Positions 27,011 to 41,330 of a DNA stretch of 64,000 nt are shown piece by piece; positions within the stretch are counted from its first letter, which is position 1; each line of letters begins with the position of its first letter. Where the stretch lies: assembly GCA_951406725.2 (NCBI GenBank), contig OX597834.1, positions 11,160,001 through 11,224,000 on the forward strand, written 5' to 3'. A program made the translations under genes and the position numbers. The notes below the pieces were generated by a model. That model worked only from the letters and a program-made list of their open reading frames with translations. It had not been told where the DNA came from and did not search any database. The DNA comes from Octopus vulgaris (lineage: Eukaryota).

Positions 27011-27504
27011 ACAATGTTTTGCTCTATTCGAACTACGATCTCCGGGAGTAACATCTTAACACCAAATTTAACATAAACAATGAATAAAGCACGAAAACTA
27101 ACCAAATTATATTTTGGCTATCTTAGTAAGCAGCATTGACTAGTTTTATACTTTTAACCTGAGGTGTTATAATCTTTCAAATCAAATGAGCATTGCGATT
27201 AATCACAATTAGCGAGCATAAATAAGTCAAAGTCATATGTTTAAATCCCTTGACAAAATAAATGAAAACACAAGGGTCAAATGAAGCGATTCGAACCATT
27301 AATACTGCACGCACTGTGTCGATTTATTTTCTTCTTCACATTCTATATCATCACATATTCAAAGTTTTAAGCGAAGTAAAGTAATTACCTGATGACAATA
27401 ACTCCAATATGAACTTTGTTAGGTTAATATTTACCAGTCTGCTTATATTATTGCCAGGCTCATAAACGTTTCCAATCTGGGCATCACGCAGAACTAGCAT
27501 TAAC

Positions 27505-27815
27505 TTCATCATCATTATCATCATCGTCATCACCGCCACCATCATCACCGTCATCGTCATCATCATCATCACCCACCACCATCATCATCGTCATCGTCAT
27601 CATCATCATCACCATCACCATCGTCATCATCATCATCATCATCACCATCATCATCATCACCACCACCATCATCATCGTCATCATCATCATCATCACCACC
27701 ACCATCGTCATCATCGTCGTCGTTATCATCGTCGTCATCATCACCACCACTACCACCATAATCGTCATCATCATCGTCATCATCATAATCGTCATCATCA
27801 TCATCATCATTATTA
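27505..27815. repeat. (CAT/CAC/CGT)n trinucleotide array
   Basis: Direct inspection. Confidence 0.95.
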
Positions 27816-28780
27816 TCTGTCACCTTCGTCGCAGTCTTCAAAGCTTTCAGCATCCGTCATCTTCATCATAGTCGTCGTGTTAGCGCTGCAATTATCATCA
27901 TCAACAATTATATTTATCAAATCATAATTGTCCTTTTCCGTTTTCCTCCCCATATCTCATATTCTTCCTCTTTTTTTTTGCATCAAAATGATTCTTCCCC
28001 TACTTTTATTTTTCACAAAACTATATTTTCTCTCATGCACACATTATACTGGGGTCGATTCTACCGTTACTCAAAACATGTCTGGTCTGAACCTAATGTA
28101 AGACATCATTTGAACCAGTAATCATTTTTTTAGGAATCTGGCGTTGCAAAGGGCAAACATTTAGAGGCATTGCCCTTTAAGTTCTTCGTTAAATTTTTGT
28201 TTAGATAATACTAAGAAATTTGTCTTTTACATGTCATTTGTAAACTGACCCTAACTATTTTATTATCACTGTAGCGTCTTTTAAAACTGGATGGCACCGT
28301 AATTGCGTAATATTTTCAATTAACCGTTTGATTACTTTTCAAAAAACAGCGAAACTCAGTTAATACTCTCTTCTTATTTTTTTCTTATTTCTCTGAGAAT
28401 GGCTTTCGTTGTCATCTGGAAAAAATTGTTCCTCTTCACATATTTTTACTGTTTTATATTATTTGTTTTTCTTTGATTTTTCTCTCTTTCTATAATATTT
28501 TCAACGACTGCGTGTGATTGTTTTTACTTGTGGTTATGATTTTTTTCTCACATCAAACCAAACTACGCGTCGGCATTGCTAGGGGACGTGTTGGTTGCTC
28601 ATTATTTCTGTAACGTGCATAAAAGTGTTTCATCTGCCATCGGCAGAATTTCAATTTTGATTATTTCTAAAGGAGTTTTTTTTTTCTCTTTCCTGCTGTT
28701 TTTGTTATCCATCATTAACCATTTCCTATTTCACTGCTTAACCCTTCCAGTTCTTCAGACCATTCAGATCTAAGGTATAT

Positions 28781-29129
28781 CCGGGGGATCCGGGACCCCA
28801 TTCGGTCACGACACTGACCATGGGATTGCACCTAGAAAGTTACCCTCCTAGTCACAAGTCTGGGCATGGTTGTTTATGGAAGATCAGCAGTCGCCCATGC
28901 ATACCGGCCGACCCTCTCCACACCACCAGTGTTATCCAAGGGAAAGGCAAAGTCCGATACAGCTTGGCACTCGTGACGTCGCAACTCATTTCTACAGCTG
29001 AGTGAACTGGAGCAACGTGAAATAAAGTGTCTTGCTCAAGAACACAACACGCAGCCCGGTCCGGGATTCGAGCTCACAACCTCACGATCGTAAGCTCGAC
29101 GCTCTAACCACTGAGCTATGCGCCTTCAC
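28781..29129 (-). mobile_element. tRNA-headed SINE family D
   Basis: Minus strand GGCGCATAGCTCAGTGGTTAGAGC...GCTCGAATCCC, then TTGAGCAAGACACTTTATTTCACGTTGCTCCAG central domain; TSD TAAG(G/A)TATAT. Confidence 0.85.
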
Positions 29130-29607
29130 TAAGATATATATGAAACAGGTAAAACTACAATTAAAGAGTAATCCCAAGGACTTATTCTCGGAAACTTCTA
29201 CTACACACAATACTGAGGTGGTTCTGTGGCCTTTGGTGGTCATTTGGACTTCCACATTCCTTTCAACATCTATAAATTCATTAGCCTTGCTTTGATCCCT
29301 CGTCTATATTGCGATAGAAAATTCGCAACTAACGATGAATGTGTGTAGCTTCTGATGCGTTCCCTTGGCCCATATACTGTTTGCACTGTAAGAACTATGA
29401 GTGACAATTACAGCCTGTCTTTTCGCTACATCTTCAGCAAATAATACTGTCGGTTTTACCTTTGCTAATTCACATAACTCCTGCAAATATTCCCTGGAAA
29501 GTCTGCTGCACTAACTTAGGTGTGGAAGATTTTTGCCGGCCTTGTGTTATTTGCAGAGATATATTATTTTCTCCTTGCCCTTCTTCATTACCTGCTATAA
29601 CAATAAG

Positions 29608-29992
29608 GTGGAGGCGCAATGGCCCAGTGGTTAGGGCAGCGGACTCGAGGTCATAGGATCGCGGTTTCAATTCCCAGACCGAGCGTTGTGAGTGTTTATT
29701 GAGCGAAAACACCTAAAACTCCACGACGCTCCGGCAAGGGATGGTGGTGATCCCTGCTGTACTCTTTTACCACAACTTTCTCTCACTCTTACTTCCTGTT
29801 TCTGTTGTACCTGTATTTCAAAGGGCCGGCCTTGTTACTCTCTTGTGTCACGCTGAATATCCCCGAAAACTACGTTAAGGGAATACGTGTCTGTGGAGTG
29901 CTCAGCCACTTACACGTTAATTTCACGAGTAGGCTGTTCTGTTGATTCGGATCAACCGGAACCCTCGTCGTCGTAACCGACGGAGTGCTTCC
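29608..29992 (+). mobile_element. SINE B, tail type 2
   Basis: Full length; TSD ATAACAATAA. Confidence 0.92.
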
Positions 29993-30634
29993 ATAACAAT
30001 AAATATTGTTCTTTTTATTGAAATTATTCCCCCTACTTTTGATTGGTTGTAACTGTAAATAATATCAAAGTTCTGTATGTTTATTTTGTATTTAAAGAAA
30101 GATTGACGTTAGAGAGACGAAGAGTGACCGGATCGCAGTATTTGAAATTGTGCAAGTGCTGTTATTGTTCTTCATATTCTTATTGCTATTGCTGTCTTCA
30201 AGATTACTGATCTGAGCATTTGTGGTATCTTATTCTGTTAATTTTTCACTAAAGATACAAATTATAAACTCAATCGCAATTTCAGGAATGATATTCAAAT
30301 GAGACTATCTGTCCTCTCCTTTCTGTTCAACGCTAATACATTTAACTGACAAATTATACAGGCTTCGGGTCGGAATCATATCTTGTTATTGGAGAATCAG
30401 CAATCTCATGTGATATCCTGCATAAGGATTTAACGGAGAAATTGTATCAGGTATGTATTGAAAAGAAGGAAAGAGTAATATTATAGAGAAGAAAGTAAAA
30501 GAGAAAAGGAAATTAGTAACAAATGTTTCTTGCAGATACAGTCATCAGCATATTGGTCGCAATGGAACACACTCTCGTCAAAGAAATCTTCAAGCAAACG
30601 TTAGTATAACGAGGGGGTACACAAGGGGGCGACA

Positions 30635-31012
30635 TCTATATATATAAAAGTGAGGTTGTGTGGTGTCTGTCTCCTACGATTTAGATTCCTAACTACTCCC
30701 ACATTTTGCGGTGCAGTTTAACCAAAAGCGGGTATCTTATAGTCGTGATTAATATCGAGCCCTTCTGGGTATTAGCGCGCGTCTACGATGAGTCTACGAT
30801 TTAAAAAAGAAATTTACCATAATTTTTCCGCATTTTCGCTCGGTTTATATAAGGAAAGTAACTCTCTAAAATCTCAGAACGTAAAAAGCTACAGTAACAC
30901 CCCCCACTTTGTGGTTAGCCATTTTGAGATGGCTATTATACTTTACATCTCTAAAAATGCTTATATAGTTATTTCCCTTACAAACCCGAGCAACGCCGAG
31001 TGATACTGCTAG
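30635..31012 (+). mobile_element. Non-autonomous Helitron
   Basis: A|TC...CTAG|T with hairpin; homologous to the 19719 copy. Confidence 0.88.
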
Positions 31013-31246
31013 TGTATTATAAAGCATACAGGAGTATAAAAAATGTGCACATATATGCACTAGCATATATGTATATAAAATTATAAATACACTTTCCTGT
31101 ACACGTATGTGCACGAAAATAAAGTAGTTGAAATACAAATTTTATTGTTATATTTCGGGACGGTCATATGTTTTACTTTCTCAAATACCCACACGCACTA
31201 TATATTCGTTATTCATTTCATGATTTTTTTTGTTAGAATGGATCAG

Positions 31247-31663
31247 GGCGCAGGAGTGGCTGTGTGGTAAGTAGCTTGCTTACCAACCACACGGTTCCGG
31301 GTTCAGTCCCACTACGTGGCACCTTGGGCAAGTGTCTTCTACTATAGCCTCGGGCCGAATAAAGCCTTGTGAGTGGATTTGGTAGACGGAAACTGAAAGA
31401 AGCCTGTCGTATATATGTATATATATGTGTGCGTGTATGTTTGTGTGTCTGTGTTTGTCCCCCTAGCATTGCTTGACAACAGATGCTGGTGTGTTTATGT
31501 CCCTGTCACTTAGCGGTTCGGCAAAAGAGACCGATAGAATAAGTACTGGGCTTACAAAGAATAAGTCCCTGGGTCGAGTTGCTCGATTAAAGGCGGTGCT
31601 CCAGCATGGCCGTAGTCAAATGACTGAAACAAGTAAAAGAGAGATAAAAGAGTAAAAGAGAGA
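31247..31663 (+). mobile_element. SINE A, full length
   Basis: Family match. Confidence 0.92.
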
Positions 31664-32524
31664 GGGCTCATAATGGCACTGTCACTTAACAAATCTCAAA
31701 TTATGTTCGAATGCAAATGAATGCACCAGTGCTAAAATAAAACAAAAGTTAATGGGCATCCGTGATGTACATGATTAATAAGTTATGATAATCTCAATTA
31801 AACACTAAATTAATTAGCAGGATTATAAAAAAAAAGCATATAGTGCATTTAGAATGCGCTACAAAATCTCAGACAAAGTGAGATTATGCTTAAGAAGCAT
31901 ATAAAGAGATAAAGCATTTTCTTAAGTAGAAAACTCTCATGAAATAACCACTGAAAATATCTAGTAAAAAAGCATGAGGTAGCTAATAGCATAACATAAA
32001 AGACGAAAACAAAGCGCTGATTAGGTTTCAAGGAAAGCAAAAAAAATATATTTCACCAGTTGAAATAGCGTATATTTATTGACTAAATAGTGTAACAAGA
32101 TGAAACATTGTGAAAGCGATAAAGTCTGAAAAACGAAATTCTCCAGGATAAAGTGATTACAAGAAAAAGCTCTTTATAGGATCAATACATAAATAAATAT
32201 AAAAAAGTCCCTGAACGGAATAGAAATAGACAGCGCAAATCTGAGATCGAGAAAGATTCGTGATCATTGCATAGACTTTTATCATTCTCATTAGAAAGCA
32301 ATACACGTATATACGAAAGAAACAAGAGAACTGCAATTGGGAAAGAAGTAATTAACCACGGTTTTTCTTCCAATTCTGTCGAATCTATGAAGCCAGTGCA
32401 TTTCGAGGCGTATCAGGGTCGGTAATTAGATGTGTTGAATGTTACGCTTGTATTATTATCCAGTGGTTAGGAAGCATGATTTGCAACCGAGTTGTTCCCA
32501 TCCTGAGAGGTTACTTGGCCAAGT

Positions 32525-33210
32525 ATAATAATAATATAATAATGATGAAATTATTATATACAGTGCTCAGGTGCACCACAACTTGTCAGAGTATATGCAG
32601 TAATGTACAAATGTCTAGAAAGCGAACAATGCATGAGTCAGATACATACTTGCGTGTGTATGGAGGGGAGAAAATCAGGTGTAGTGTTGGCGAATCTCAG
32701 AAAGCATGGAAGTTTTGAAGGATGCAGTGCTCCGACAACTAACAACTGATGCCTATTTCTTTACTACCCACAAGGGACAAACAAGGACAGACAAACGGGT
32801 TATGTCGATTATATCGATCCCAGTGCGTAACTGGTACTTATTTAATCGACTCCGAAAGGATGAAAGGCAAAGTCAACCTCGGCGGAATTTGAACTCAGAA
32901 CGTAACAGCAGACGAAATACGGTTACGCATTTCGCCCGGCGTGCTAACGTTACTGCCAGCTCGCCGCCTTGACAACTAACAACTGATGCCGGCGGTTTGT
33001 TCCATGCTTCAGCAACTCTCAGCGTTAAAAAAATGTTTCTTGAAGTCATGGGAGCTGTGCTGTTTTCTTACTTTGTAAATATGTCCACGGGTGTTAGATG
33101 GGTGGAGTTTGAAAAGGTGCTCAGAGTTATTGTTTGTACGATGGTTGATAATTTTATGGGTGTCTGCCAAGTCAGCTGCCAGACGTCGGAGTTTCAATGT
33201 GTCCATGTAT
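32525..33210 (-). mobile_element. CR1/L2-type LINE 3' fragment interrupted by SINE C
   Basis: DTLKLRRLAADLADTHKII...NTRGHIYKV...KHFF is a CR1-type C-terminus; (TTA)n tail near 32525. Confidence 0.8.
32753..32970 (-). mobile_element. SINE C monomer with 20-bp TSD
   Basis: GACAACTAACAACTGATGCC on both sides. Confidence 0.9.
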
Positions 33211-33247
33211 CTTCTACTACAGGCCCGGACTGGCCAATGAAATATGA

Positions 33248-33845
33248 GTGTGTGTGTGTGTGTGTGTATGTGTGCGGGTGTGAATATGCGTATGTGCGTA
33301 TGTTTGTGTGTGTGTGTGTGTGTGTGCTCATGTGTATATTCTGTATGTGTTTGTGTCCGTCTGTGAGTGTGTTTGTTTGTTTGAATTTGTGTTTGCGTAT
33401 ATGCTTGTGTATGTGCGTGTGTGTGGTTGTAGGTATGCGCCTATATGTATTTGTGTTTGTGTGTGTGCGTTTGTATGTGTGCTGCTGTGTGTATGTGTGT
33501 TTGCGTATGTGTGTGTGTTTGTGTGTTCACTGTTTGAGTGTGTATCTATGTTTGTGCTTTTGGGGTGTGCCTGTGTGTTTTGGGGTGTTTTGTCTGCGCG
33601 CGTATTTGCTTCTGTGTTTGTGGGTATGGGTGTGTGTGTATTTGTGTTTGTGTGTGTGTGTGTGTCTGTCTCCACACCGATCTGCATTAGGTATTGGTTT
33701 GTTTCCTCTCTGTCATTTTTGAGCGCGTGGACTTTTAGTTATGTATGTGCTTCTGTGCACGTGTGTGTGCATGTTTGTGGATATGCGTGTGTGCATATAA
33801 TTGTGTTTCTATGTAAGTGTGTGTGTGTGCTTGTGAGTATGCGTT
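33248..33845. repeat. Degenerate (TG)n tract
   Basis: Direct inspection. Confidence 0.9.
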
Positions 33846-34167
33846 TATCAGTTCGGTAAAACAAAATGATAGAACAAGCGTGAAACTCTAAAAAATAATT
33901 GTGGAAAATTTGTTCCCCAAAAAAAATTTGAAACTGGTACTCCAGCATGGCCGGTATCTAATGACCGAAATAAATCAACGGGAGTAGATTTCAAGGGATA
34001 AGAAATGGTAAATAATACACTTGAAATAATCTCAAGGAATAAGAAATCCATTATATAGAAGAATATGCACAGGCCTGGCTGTGTGGTAAGAAGATTCTTT
34101 CCCAACCACACGGTTCTAGGTTCAGTCCCACTCTGTGGCACCTTGGGTAAGTGTCTTCTATTATCTT

Positions 34168-34373
34168 CTTGTTTCAGTTATTTTACTGCGGCCATGCTGG
34201 AGCACCGCCTTTAATCGAGCAACTCGACCCCGGGACTTATTCTTTTGTAAGCCCAGTACTTATTCTATCGGTCTCTTTTGCCGAACCGCTAAGTAACGTG
34301 GACATAAACACACCAGCATCGGTTGTCAAGCAATGCTAGGGGGACAAACACAGACACACAAACACACACACGC

Positions 34374-34404
<31 letters not shown>

Positions 34405-34575
34405 CATATATACGACGGGCTTCTTTCAGCTACCGTCTAACAAATCCACTCACAAGGCTCTGGTCGGCCCGAGGCTATAGTAGAAGACACTTGCCCAAGG
34501 TGCCACGCAGCGGGACTGAACCCGGAACCATGTGGTTGGTAAACAAGTTACTAACCACACAGCCACTCCTGCGCC
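34168..34575 (-). mobile_element. SINE A (abuts an older plus-strand head at 34064-34160)
   Basis: Family match. Confidence 0.9.
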
Positions 34576-35146
34576 TATAGTTTTAATTTTTTCCGGTTAT
34601 GGCACAACGCTTACCATTGCCAATCATACTGTCCCCTGTACTAGACTGGTACTTTATTTTTATTGACTCCCAACAGATGAAAAGCAATGTTGACCCCGGA
34701 TGTTTTAAACAGAGAATGCATTATACCCTAAGGGTGCGGCTAAGTATTTTGTCCGACGGTGTAACGAATCTGTCAGGTTTACCACATTTTTATATGAAAT
34801 ATGGATGGACTAATAAATAAGATGCTTCTATAGAGAAATGTAAACTTGTCAACCTCTTCAATGAAAGGCCTCTTTCACATGAGTGGTGGTAGGGGTGTGT
34901 GGTATTTACCGTACATCGATCCAGAAAAGATTTGAGATCAAATGTTCATGGTGTGCTCACCTATTTGGAACGTTCAAGCATCAGCAGGTATGATTGACAT
35001 TAATAAGTAAAGGATAAGAAAGGGAAATTTTTTTATCACATATATGAAAAGAAAATATACTGCAACTGAAGAAAATGATAAGATATATTCTCACATTGAA
35101 GAACAGAAAACATACATGAAAAAGAGCAAAGAACCGAGGAAAATTA

Positions 35147-35158
35147 AATATATATATG

Positions 35159-35212
<54 letters not shown>

Positions 35213-35740
35213 AAAACATATATATATATACATATGAATATATGTATGCATATATATATATATAAAAACATATATATATATACATATGAATATATGTATG
35301 CATATATATATACATACTTACATATAAATATATGCATATATATATATATATACATACATATAAATATATGCATATATATATATATACATACATATAAATA
35401 TATGCATATATATATATATACATACATATATAAATATATGCATATATATATACATACATATATATATAAATATATGCATATATATATACATATATATATA
35501 TATAAATATATGCATATATATACATACATATATATAAATATATGCATATATATATACATACATATATATATACATATATATACATATATAAATATATACA
35601 TATGTATTTACATTTCATATATATATATATACATATATATACATACATATATATATGCATATATACATATATATACACATACATATAAATACATATATAT
35701 ATATACATATATATATATATATGCGCGCGCGTGCTTCTGG

Positions 35741-35790
<50 letters not shown>
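35147..35790. repeat. (TA)n/(TG)n compound microsatellite
   Basis: Direct inspection. Confidence 0.95.
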
Positions 35791-35792
<2 letters not shown>

Positions 35793-36174
35793 AAGTACGT
35801 GAATAGAAAGCAAAAACGTTATGCTAAGGAATGAAACGCTCCAGAAAACGTGAATGCAATTCCAGAACTAGATATCTAAATAAAAATGTAAAATGCTTCA
35901 CGGAAGCATTAATCAAAGAACAAAGTTTAATATAGGACTCAAAGATTCATCGCCACAAAGATGGAATTCAATGGCACTGAATGTCAATACACGAAGAAGG
36001 TTTCCATCAAAATAATAAGGTACCATGACTCGATTCAGAGGAAAAGACTTTAGTTAAAGAATGAATGACTAGGAAAAAATTCAAGTACATTCCTGACTGA
36101 GGCAAGATTTACTTTAATGTGTGTGAAATAATGTGCTATACTTGTACTTGGTGTCATGGTAATTGTTATATGAG

Positions 36175-36767
36175 TCACGCACTGGGGTCGATATAACCGA
36201 CTTAATCCGTTTGTCTGTCCATGTTTGTCCTCTCAGTGTTTAGCCCCTTGAGTGTAGTAAAGGAATAGGTATTTCGTCTGCCGTTACGTTCTGAGTTCAA
36301 ATTCCGCCGAGGTCGACTTTGCCTTTCATCTTTACGGGGTCGATTAAATAAGTACCAGTTACGCACTGGGGTCGATATAATCTACCTAATCCGTTTGTTT
36401 GTCCTTGTTTGTCTTCTCTGTGTTTAGCCCCTTGTGGCTAGTAAAGAATTAGGTATTTCGTCTGCCGTTACGTTCTGAGTTCAAATTCCGACGAGGTCGA
36501 CTTTGCCTTTCATCCTTTCGGGGTCGATTAAATGAGTACCAGTTACGCACTGGGGTAGATCTAACCGACTTAATCCGTGTGTCTGTCCTTGTTTGTCCTC
36601 TCAGTGTGTAGTTCAAAATCCGCCGAGGTCAACTTTGCCTTTCATCCTTTCGGGGTCGATTAAATAAGTACCAGTTACGTACTGGGGTCGATATAACCGA
36701 CTTAATCCGTGTGTCTGTCCTTGTTTGTCCTCTCAGTGTTTAGCCCCTTGTGGGTAGTAAAGAAACA
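36175..36767 (+). mobile_element. SINE C multimer, 5'-truncated, about 3.5 units
   Basis: Junction AGGTATTTCGTCTGCC near 36267 and 36451; one internal deletion near 36610. Confidence 0.88.
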
Positions 36768-37690
36768 GGTAATTGGTGTACGGATCTTTATGCTTTCCGT
36801 TATAAAATTTATAAGTTTTCTTGTATTGTCTGTACAAATTATTTTGGACCATAGAGGGGATTAAAACCAATTGAAAAAGTACAAAGATATTTGGGAAATA
36901 TTTTCTTTGGAGAGGAGGAGGAAATATTTCCGAACTGTCATTTTTTGCTTAAATATGAGAATGAAGAAAGATAAATGGAAATTCCCACCTCATTGAGTAA
37001 TATTCTGGTGCCATAAGACACGCAAATAGTAATCCAATAATTGCAAAACTCGATAAAAATCTAATCTGGAGAACGAACGAAATACATTTTTACCAAGACA
37101 AAAATCAATGGCAACAATAAAGATATTCATCACAAATATAACAACACAACAACAACAACAACAATAATAATAATGATAATAATAATAATAACAATAATAT
37201 AAATAATGATGATGATGATGATGATTCTTTCTGTTAATAATAATAAAAAAATACTAAAATTGGAAGAATAGCATTAAATTTGCGGGTAAGGAGCGAGTCC
37301 TTGGCCCCAGTACGTATCAGAAAATTACCACGTATCCTCGTACACACACACACACACATACACACACGCACGCACGCACACATGCACACACACACATGTG
37401 TATGTACATATATATAATTTCCCAAGTGAGAGTAGCTAGAGAATTACATCGACCCCAATGCATGATGAGTATATTTTCCTTCGGCTCAGATACAATGACG
37501 GACGAAAAGCCACTAAGAGTTTTGTCCAATATGTCTAAAGATTGTTTCACATTTCGATACAAGGCCATTAGTTTTAACGTGAAGCTATGCCTAGGGTGAA
37601 GTTGGTGTTATGCCTAGGGTGCCATATATTTGGTTTTGTACATAGTATTGTTCTAGAGAATGTTTTAGAAACCATAAGAAAATTATATAT

Positions 37691-37983
37691 ATGGCCCAGT
37701 GGATAAGGCAGCGGACTCGTGGTCGTAGGATCGCGGTTTCGTTTCTCAGTCCGGGCGATGTGAGTGTTTATTGAGCGAAAACACCTAAAGCTCTTCGAGG
37801 CTCCGACAGGGGGTGGTGGCGATCCTTGCTGTACTCTTTCACCACAACTTTCTCTCACTCTTACTTCTGTTGACCTACTAGCTTAGCCAGCGGGGTGGCA
37901 TCATTTGAAGGCTAAAACAATGCGAAGCGCATTGTGACCAGCGACGTGTAGCAACATCTGATAGCCTGGTCGTTCACGGTGAT
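37691..37983 (+). mobile_element. SINE B, tail type 3
   Basis: B head and body to about 37868, then an unrelated tail GGGGTGGCATCATTTGAAGGC...CACGGTGAT. Confidence 0.75.
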
Positions 37984-38080
37984 ATATATATATATATATA
38001 TATATACAATAGAAATATGTTACAAAAAAAATTAGAAACTACACGTGGTAGGAATAAAAAGTAATAAAAGGCATTGTATG

Positions 38081-38113
<33 letters not shown>

Positions 38114-38681
38114 ATGTACGTATGTATATATATGAATGCGTCAGAAAAAATAAGTTCAAGCAGAATAGATGAAACTTCGGCGGGGAGTGGTGCAAAAAAA
38201 TATATTTCTAATAAATATTCATCATATCAAAAACATAGTGTTTAATATAAGATTTTATGTAATACATTCCTATAACAAACTTTTTACTTATTATTTATAT
38301 ATATATGAATGTATATATAGAGGTATATATAACTATGAGTATGTTTTTATGTATAAGTATGTGAACGTAAAATTGTATACATTCTTTCATTTCATTGAAA
38401 AGGATATTCTCTATTATGCTTTTTTCCACCCCCTTAGTGAAGGAAACAAAATGGTGTTGAGCAAAGTACGTCGTATAACCTGTGTATATTGAATTAATTT
38501 GATTATTTTATTTCTCTTGCTGAAAATATATAAATTCCTAATATTCGATTTTTCGTTGAATCTTCTCAGTACGAAATGATTAAGGGTGTCTATTAATTCC
38601 ATTATTTTTCACTGCAAAATAAATGTTAGGAAATTGTGAAAGCAGAATGGCGTCAGTAAAAATAAAAGAAACACTCCTTGG

Positions 38682-38683
<2 letters not shown>

Positions 38684-38741
<58 letters not shown>

Positions 38742-39305
38742 CACGTAGGCAGGTGCTTAGGTGCATTTCTGCATAACACAAACACACACACATATAAATA
38801 TATATATCTGTGAGAGTGTGTGTGTGTGTGTGTGTAACACATATATACATATATGTGTGTGTGTATATGTATATATATATGTGTATATGTATATATGTAT
38901 ATATATGTGTATATGTATATATATGTGTATATGTATATATATGTGTATATATATATATGTATATATATGTGTATATGTATATATATATGTATATATATGT
39001 GTATATGTGTATATATATGTATATATATATATATATGTGTATATATATGTATATATATATATATATGTGTATATATATGTATATATATATATGTGTGTAT
39101 ATATATGTATATATATATATGTGTGTATATATATGTATATATATATATGTGTGTATATATATGTATATATATACATGTATATGTGTATATATATATATAT
39201 GTGTATATATATGTATGTATATATATATATATATGTGTATATATGTGTGTATATATATATATATATGTATATATATGTATGTATATACATATATGTGTAT
39301 ATATG

Positions 39306-39336
<31 letters not shown>

Positions 39337-40170
39337 ATGTATGTATATACATATATGTGTATATATATGTATATATATACATGTATATGTGTATATGTAT
39401 ATATACATGTATATGTGTATATGTATATATACATGTATATGTGTATATGTATATATACATGTATATGTGTATATGTATATATACATGTATATGTGTATAT
39501 GTATATATACATGTATATGTGTATATGTATATATACATGTATATGTGTATATGTATATATACATGTATATGTGTATATATGTATATATATACATGTATAT
39601 GTGTATATATGTATATATATACATGTATATGTGTATATATGTATATATATACATGTATATGTGTATATATGTATATATATACATGTATATGTGTATATAT
39701 ATGTATGTATATGTGTATATATATGTATATATACATGTATATGTGTATATATATGTATATATACATGTATATGTGTATATATGTATATATATATACATGT
39801 ATATGTGTATATGTGTATATATATGTATGTATATGTGTATATATATGTATATATACATGTATATGTGTATATATGTATATATATATATACATGTATATGT
39901 GTATATATGCATATATATACATGTATATATGTATATATATATGTGTATATATGTATATATATACATGTATATATGTATATATATATGTGTATATATGTAT
40001 ATATATATGTGTATATATGTATATATATACATGTATATGTGTGTATATATATATATATGTATATGTGTATATATATGTGTGTGTATATATATGTATGTGT
40101 GTATATATATATATGTATATGTGTATATATATATATGTGTATATATATGTGTGTGTATGTATGTATATAT
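38684..40170. repeat. ~1.5-kb (TA/TG) microsatellite with a ~24-30-bp higher-order unit (ACATGTATATGTGTATAT...)
   Basis: Direct inspection. Confidence 0.97.
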
Positions 40171-40352
40171 GCTTGTATGTTAATGGAAACAGGGAAAATA
40201 GTACTCACAATATGAGTATATACATATATTTATTAATATTTAGCAAAAGTAACTGTGACTCAAGGACCAAGAGTTTCAATCGTTCGATAAACAAGTGCCA
40301 ACGCAGAAAACTCTCGAATCTTGAGTCAATTTCTTATTTCTTCGAACTATTC

Positions 40353-40383
<31 letters not shown>

Positions 40384-40930
40384 TTCTATAGGCTGACGAT
40401 TCTTGTGAGCTTAACCGTAGGCAATGGAATGGCCTCACCGTTGAGGATTAATTCAATCCGAAATCGGCGGACCGCTCTGACGCCTTTGCTTGCTGTCCAG
40501 AGTTTGCTTTCCTTGTCAGTCAATAGATAGTACTCTCTTGAACAGAATATCGTCAGCCCGTTGCTAATATTTGTTTTGACTCTTATTTCTAGCAATGCTG
40601 GTGCTGACTTGCACCATTAGTTACTTCCAGTGACGATTGTATATGTATCTGACAGAAATCCTCACCATAATTCCATGGTAATACTCCGATTTTTCTTCAT
40701 TCATTTTAGAAGCTTTCTCTGAGCCAAAGAGTTCTGAAAGATAGTCAATCAATATGAATTTACACACATCGAGAGATATCAAGTAAATAGTTTTCTTAAA
40801 GGTGGAACGCGATTAGCTGGTGCCATAGATAATTTCTATTGGCTAAAATTCCTCGTGGTTAAAATTGGAAGGTCTTTGTAAAATAGTTTTCTGCGTGATA
40901 TTACTTATAGTTTAATATATTTGGAGTACT

Positions 40931-41330
40931 AAGGCGGCGAGTTGCCAATATCGCTAGCACGCCAGGCGAAATGTTTAGCGGTATTTCGTCTGCCGCTACG
41001 TTCTGAGTTCAAATGCCGCCGAGGTCGACTTTGCCTTTCATCCCTTCGGGGTTGATTAAATAAGTACCAGTTACGCACTGGGTTCGATATAATCGACTTA
41101 ATCCGTTTGTCTGTCCTTGTTTGTTCTCTCTGTGTTTAACCCCTTGTGGGTAGTAAAGAAATAGGTATTTTGTCTGCCGCTATGTTCTGAGTTCAAAATC
41201 TGACGAGGTCGACTTTGCCTTTCATCCTTTCCGAATCGATAAATTAATTACCAGTTGCATACTGGTTTCGATCTAATCGACTGGCCCCCTTCTCAAAAAT
41301 TTCGGGCCTGGTGCCTAGAGTAGAAAAGAA
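40931..41330 (+). mobile_element. SINE C dimer whose two units carry different tails
   Basis: Head + unit, junction AAAGAAATAGGTATTTTGTCTGCC near 41155-41178, second unit with another tail; degenerate TSD AATATA(T/C)TTGG(A/T)GT. Confidence 0.85.

Noticed and set aside
29150-29595. Coding-looking minus-strand stretch; similar one at 40390-40735
   Set aside because: Stops or phase conflicts and no recognisable domain.
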